NCBI GenBank assembly: GCA_043732185.1 | Contig: JAYTHY010000040.1 | Location: forward strand, 1-38,037 | From: Fibrobacteria bacterium | Lineage (GTDB): Bacteria > Fibrobacterota > Fibrobacteria > UBA11236 | Direction of reading: 5' to 3' | Length of the DNA stretch: 38,037 bases | In this document: positions 35,066-38,037 of the stretch, piece by piece | How positions within the stretch are numbered: position 1 is the stretch's first letter | How the letters are laid out: the number at the start of each line of letters is the position of its first letter | Notes under the pieces: model-generated | Database searches by the model: none | What the model was told of the DNA's origin: nothing | Seen by the model: only the letters and a program-made list of their open reading frames with translations | Program-made: the position numbers and the translations under genes

Positions 35066-35539
35066 ATGACTTCCATTCGACCTATCAGCCCCGAAGGCAT
35101 GGAAAAGCTTAAGCAGGAATGGGATGCCCTTTACCGGGATGAACGACCCAACCTTCTGCTTGAAATTGCGGCAGCCGCCGCTCAAGGCGACCGCTCTGAA
35201 AACGCGGAATACATCTACGGTAAAAAACGCCTTAGAGAAATCGATAAACGCCTTCGCGAACTCGACCATAAAATGACTCATTCCTCGGTAGTTTCCGGCA
35301 CCCGTCGCGAAACATCCACCATCCTTTTTGGAGCCCGAATCAAACTGAAACGGGCAGATGGAAAAGAATGGATTGTGCAAATTGTGGGCGTCGACGAAAT
35401 CGATCCAGTAGAAGGCAAAATTTCCATGGACTCGCCGATGGGAAAGGCGTTAATGGGCAAGGAAGCAAAAGGTAAAGTGGATGTTTTGACTCCTAAGGGA
35501 CCTGTTGCATATGAAATTATGGAAGTGGATTATCCTTGA
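35066..35539 (+). CDS. greB: Transcription elongation factor GreB
   Basis: GMEKLKQE, ERP, AAAQGDRSENAEYIYGKKRLREIDKRLR, IVGVDE, ISMDSPMGKAL. Confidence 0.92.
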   Translation: MTSIRPISPEGMEKLKQEWDALYRDERPNLLLEIAAAAAQGDRSENAEYIYGKKRLREIDKRLRELDHKMTHSSVVSGTRRETSTILFGARIKLKRADGKEWIVQIVGVDEIDPVEGKISMDSPMGKALMGKEAKGKVDVLTPKGPVAYEIMEVDYP

Positions 35540-36080
35540 CCGATGCTATTTCCTGAAAATCCTGAAAGCTTGCCCGCAGTGTGTCCCAGTTTAATGAATT
35601 CGGGCACGTTGACCGTTCTAGCTGAGGTAAAGCAGCAAGTACACCGGCCTCACGAAGTTTTGAAAAAATCAATGGCAATGCCTCGTCAGGCAGGGATTCC
35701 ATTTTTCGAATAATTTCCGGTCGAATCTTTTTCTGCGCCCTGAAGGAGTCGGGCACCTGCATCCCAGTGGCATAGTGGCGCACAATCAGGCGCATATAGC
35801 CCTGCCAATCAATTCCGGCACGAACCAGCCACGTCGGCCCCGGCACCCCGTTGGGTAGGGTTCCGGAATAGGCCTGAACACAGACAAAATCCTTGGCAAA
35901 TACTCGGACGATGTAAACGGGGATTTTTTCCACTTGAACTGGAAAATCCTTGTCCATTCCAACTCCATATTGCACTCTACACCAGGCTAAGGGTCCCACC
36001 AGGTTTGGCTCGGCATCCAAAGCCGTCAACTGCTTGGCCCTTTCCCAACGTTTCAATCCTCGATGTCGATCCTCGGTCAT
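35517..36080 (-). CDS. Hypothetical protein
   Basis: 187-aa ORF filling the gap; ATG preceded by AAGGT; no recognised motif. Confidence 0.55.
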   Translation of the reverse strand: MTEDRHRGLKRWERAKQLTALDAEPNLVGPLAWCRVQYGVGMDKDFPVQVEKIPVYIVRVFAKDFVCVQAYSGTLPNGVPGPTWLVRAGIDWQGYMRLIVRHYATGMQVPDSFRAQKKIRPEIIRKMESLPDEALPLIFSKLREAGVLAALPQLERSTCPNSLNWDTLRASFQDFQEIASVKDNPLP

Positions 36081-36136
36081 ACCTTGACTTTCGCTTGCTA
36101 TATTTCCAAGGTAATACCTTTAGCCAGGAAAATGTT

Positions 36137-36820
36137 CTGACCCGCACTGCTAGGTGGTTACAAATTGGAGCGTTTTACTTAAGCCTTGGGCTTTCCGAGG
36201 TTCTGCTAAGTTGTGCCGGTTCCTCTGGAGGGACAGCCAGTAAAGTGTATGCGCCTGAGGAAATGCCGGAAATCTGCCAGGATATTGACTTCAATCAGGT
36301 GGGTACCGAGTTAAAAAATCTTTGCGGCGTGAAAACCAGAAATTATAAAGCGTATCGAAATATACCGGAACATCGCAACCTCATTCTTCCCAAGGGTGGA
36401 AAAATTGTCAAAAAAGGTTCGCTTATGGAACTACGGTTGGAAAACACCCTCCCCATTGCCCTCCCGAATGGACTGGAAGGCAAAATCTTGTTTGATGAAA
36501 AAATGCGAAGGACCTTTATAAAGTCCAAAATGGATTATTGCGAGTTCTTTCCTGAAAAATCTACGGTCCGGCTACGACTCATGAGCCTGGTCATTCCGTT
36601 GGATCTCGGTGGCGAAATCACGGTTTGCTACACACTGGTTTCCGGCCCATCTTTAAGCCAAAGGAATCCTGGAACTGCCGGCCATCTTGAACCTTTGGAC
36701 TGCAATGACTTTCAACGACTGAAAGTACAGGCAAATTCCGAGAATTTACCTCAGCAATTTACACCTGCCCCAATTTCTGGGGCACGCCCTTCACCTTCTG
36801 CAAAGGGTTCGAAACCGTGA
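36137..36820 (+). CDS. Hypothetical lipoprotein (start uncertain)
   Basis: Lipobox-like LLSC followed by AGSSGG linker; candidate starts CTG 36137 (after AGGA) or TTG 36095. Confidence 0.6.
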   Translation: MTRTARWLQIGAFYLSLGLSEVLLSCAGSSGGTASKVYAPEEMPEICQDIDFNQVGTELKNLCGVKTRNYKAYRNIPEHRNLILPKGGKIVKKGSLMELRLENTLPIALPNGLEGKILFDEKMRRTFIKSKMDYCEFFPEKSTVRLRLMSLVIPLDLGGEITVCYTLVSGPSLSQRNPGTAGHLEPLDCNDFQRLKVQANSENLPQQFTPAPISGARPSPSAKGSKP

Positions 36821-36830
36821 AGGGAGAAAT

Positions 36831-36863
36831 ATCCAATCCTCGACCTAACGGTGGGGATTGGAT
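36831..36863. terminator. Hairpin between convergent genes, possible bidirectional terminator
   Basis: ATCCAATCC/GGATTGGAT 9-bp stem with inner ACC/GGT pairs; only short T tracts. Confidence 0.55.
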
Positions 36864-36880
36864 TTGGGCAAGACCTTGCC

Positions 36881-37132
36881 TTATTCCGCTTGGCCTACTG
36901 GAGCAACGCCATAGGCTTCAATGACATCAGAAACCTTATCCATCTTGCAAAACTCATCAAATCCGAACTCTTTGTGAAAAGTACTATTCAACTTTTCGAG
37001 CAAAATTTTTCGTTCCCCATAGGTGATTTTATAATCCACGATGAATTTGTCTTCGGCGCTGATATCTTCAAGGTCAAAGCCCACAACTTCGGCAATAATT
37101 GTCTTAATTTTTTTCACTTTATCGTTTTCCAA
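36881..37132 (-). CDS. Acyl-carrier-protein-like protein lacking the phosphopantetheine serine
   Basis: Gapless by-eye alignment to AcpP (IIAE..G...E...F..D...L...F..E....E..K..V...I); GAGGA RBS before TTG start. Confidence 0.75.
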   Translation of the reverse strand: MENDKVKKIKTIIAEVVGFDLEDISAEDKFIVDYKITYGERKILLEKLNSTFHKEFGFDEFCKMDKVSDVIEAYGVAPVGQAE

Positions 37133-37278
37133 TGTAAATCCTCTTTTTTCAAAGAAAGAAAAATAGTGGGAAAATCCAAGATACTAAACGGTTTTTCGTA
37201 TAATCCGTCGACTCGAAGCCACTTTTCTCTAATTTACGAAGTAAGTAGCCCATTCACGATCATTTTTTAGGAAATTAT

Positions 37279-37965
37279 CTGACCACCCTAATTTGTCGAA
37301 TTAACGCTTTTTTAGCTTTCTTGCCCCTTGTCGGCCTGGCATGGGACTCGCCTTTACCATTCTCTAACTCACCCGCGACCACAACTGGACAGAGTGCCTT
37401 CGCAAATCCTGCAGCTGCAGCCTTCGGTTCTGGTTCGGAATACGGCCTGAGCTGGGCAGAGGGCAATGTGCCGGGCGCAACTCCTGAGCGGTTGTGGACT
37501 GCCCAGTATCAAAGGGAAGGTATCGGGACCGGCTTGCGCTATGCTACGGGCAATGGGCCGTATGAGGCCCGATTAGACCTTTCCATGGCAACGGATTGGC
37601 GGGACCTGGTCTCACCGGGTCTTAAACTCAGTTACGTCTCCTCTGGAGGTGCGCCTGATCATGGAATACTGGATTTTGGTATTGACCTTCGACCTTGGCG
37701 ACAGCTGCTCATAGGTTACTGGGGTGAAAATCTTTGGACAGGCGGATTAGAGCAGCCAACTCAACATTTTGCGATTGCGATCAAACCCTTTGCCAGTTTC
37801 AAAGGTTGGCCCACTGATTTCCAATTAGGCATTGCCACCAGCAAACAAAAGGGCCTTTCTCAGCGCGGATTTCTCTTTACCCAACTTCCCATTTATCACG
37901 GCCTGAGAATGCAGGTTCAGCTAGATGGTAAAAATAAAGGGCTCTTCGGGCGATCGAGTGGGTGA
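37279..37965 (+). CDS. Exported beta-strand-rich (outer-membrane barrel-like) protein, possibly truncated
   Basis: Signal-like N-terminus, AFANPAA motif, amphipathic strands (LDFGIDLRPW, FAIAIKPF); start CTG 37279 or TTG 37321; abrupt stop near the window end. Confidence 0.5.
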   Translation: MTTLICRINAFLAFLPLVGLAWDSPLPFSNSPATTTGQSAFANPAAAAFGSGSEYGLSWAEGNVPGATPERLWTAQYQREGIGTGLRYATGNGPYEARLDLSMATDWRDLVSPGLKLSYVSSGGAPDHGILDFGIDLRPWRQLLIGYWGENLWTGGLEQPTQHFAIAIKPFASFKGWPTDFQLGIATSKQKGLSQRGFLFTQLPIYHGLRMQVQLDGKNKGLFGRSSG

Positions 37966-38037
37966 TTTTAGCCAATTTAGTCACTTGTAGGTTACCCTTA
38001 ACGGTTTGAAAACACAGCGTACTGATGGAACTTGTTG

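Noticed and set aside
36851..37270. 139-aa plus-strand ORF
   Set aside because: Antisense to the ACP-like gene, which has an RBS and a recognisable fold pattern

Overview
A 38 kb, gene-dense bacterial chromosomal window of roughly 50% GC. It is most likely from the Fibrobacterota (inference from protein styles and a Fibrobacter-type LexA box). Most of it is core genome: mlaE/mlaF, radA, tgt, a Nudix hydrolase, birA, osmC-like, rho, gatB, trmB, der, plsY, futalosine-type menaquinone genes (menG/ubiE, ubiX, mqnP-like ubiA), tRNA-Phe(GAA) and greB. Envelope loci are interspersed: a TPR/Ca-loop lipoprotein next to a TraF/FadL-like barrel, an OmpA protein with five TSP3-like repeats, two paralogous small beta-barrels behind a sigma54-type promoter, and a tightly coupled 12-gene minus-strand operon (der-plsY-merR-gspL/M/C/K/I/J-like-gspE-gspD-sprT-like) encoding an incomplete T2SS/type IV filament system. 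I see no mobile element or CRISPR array. The most notable observations are: a SprT-like HExxH protease with a perfect beta-clamp-binding motif (QLSLF); an ACP-fold protein whose phosphopantetheine Ser is replaced by Tyr; a pseudopilin with tandem EF-hand-type loops plus a triple-STN secretin; and a Rho with a charge-block disordered N-terminus. All assignments come from motif recognition by eye; no database searches were run.
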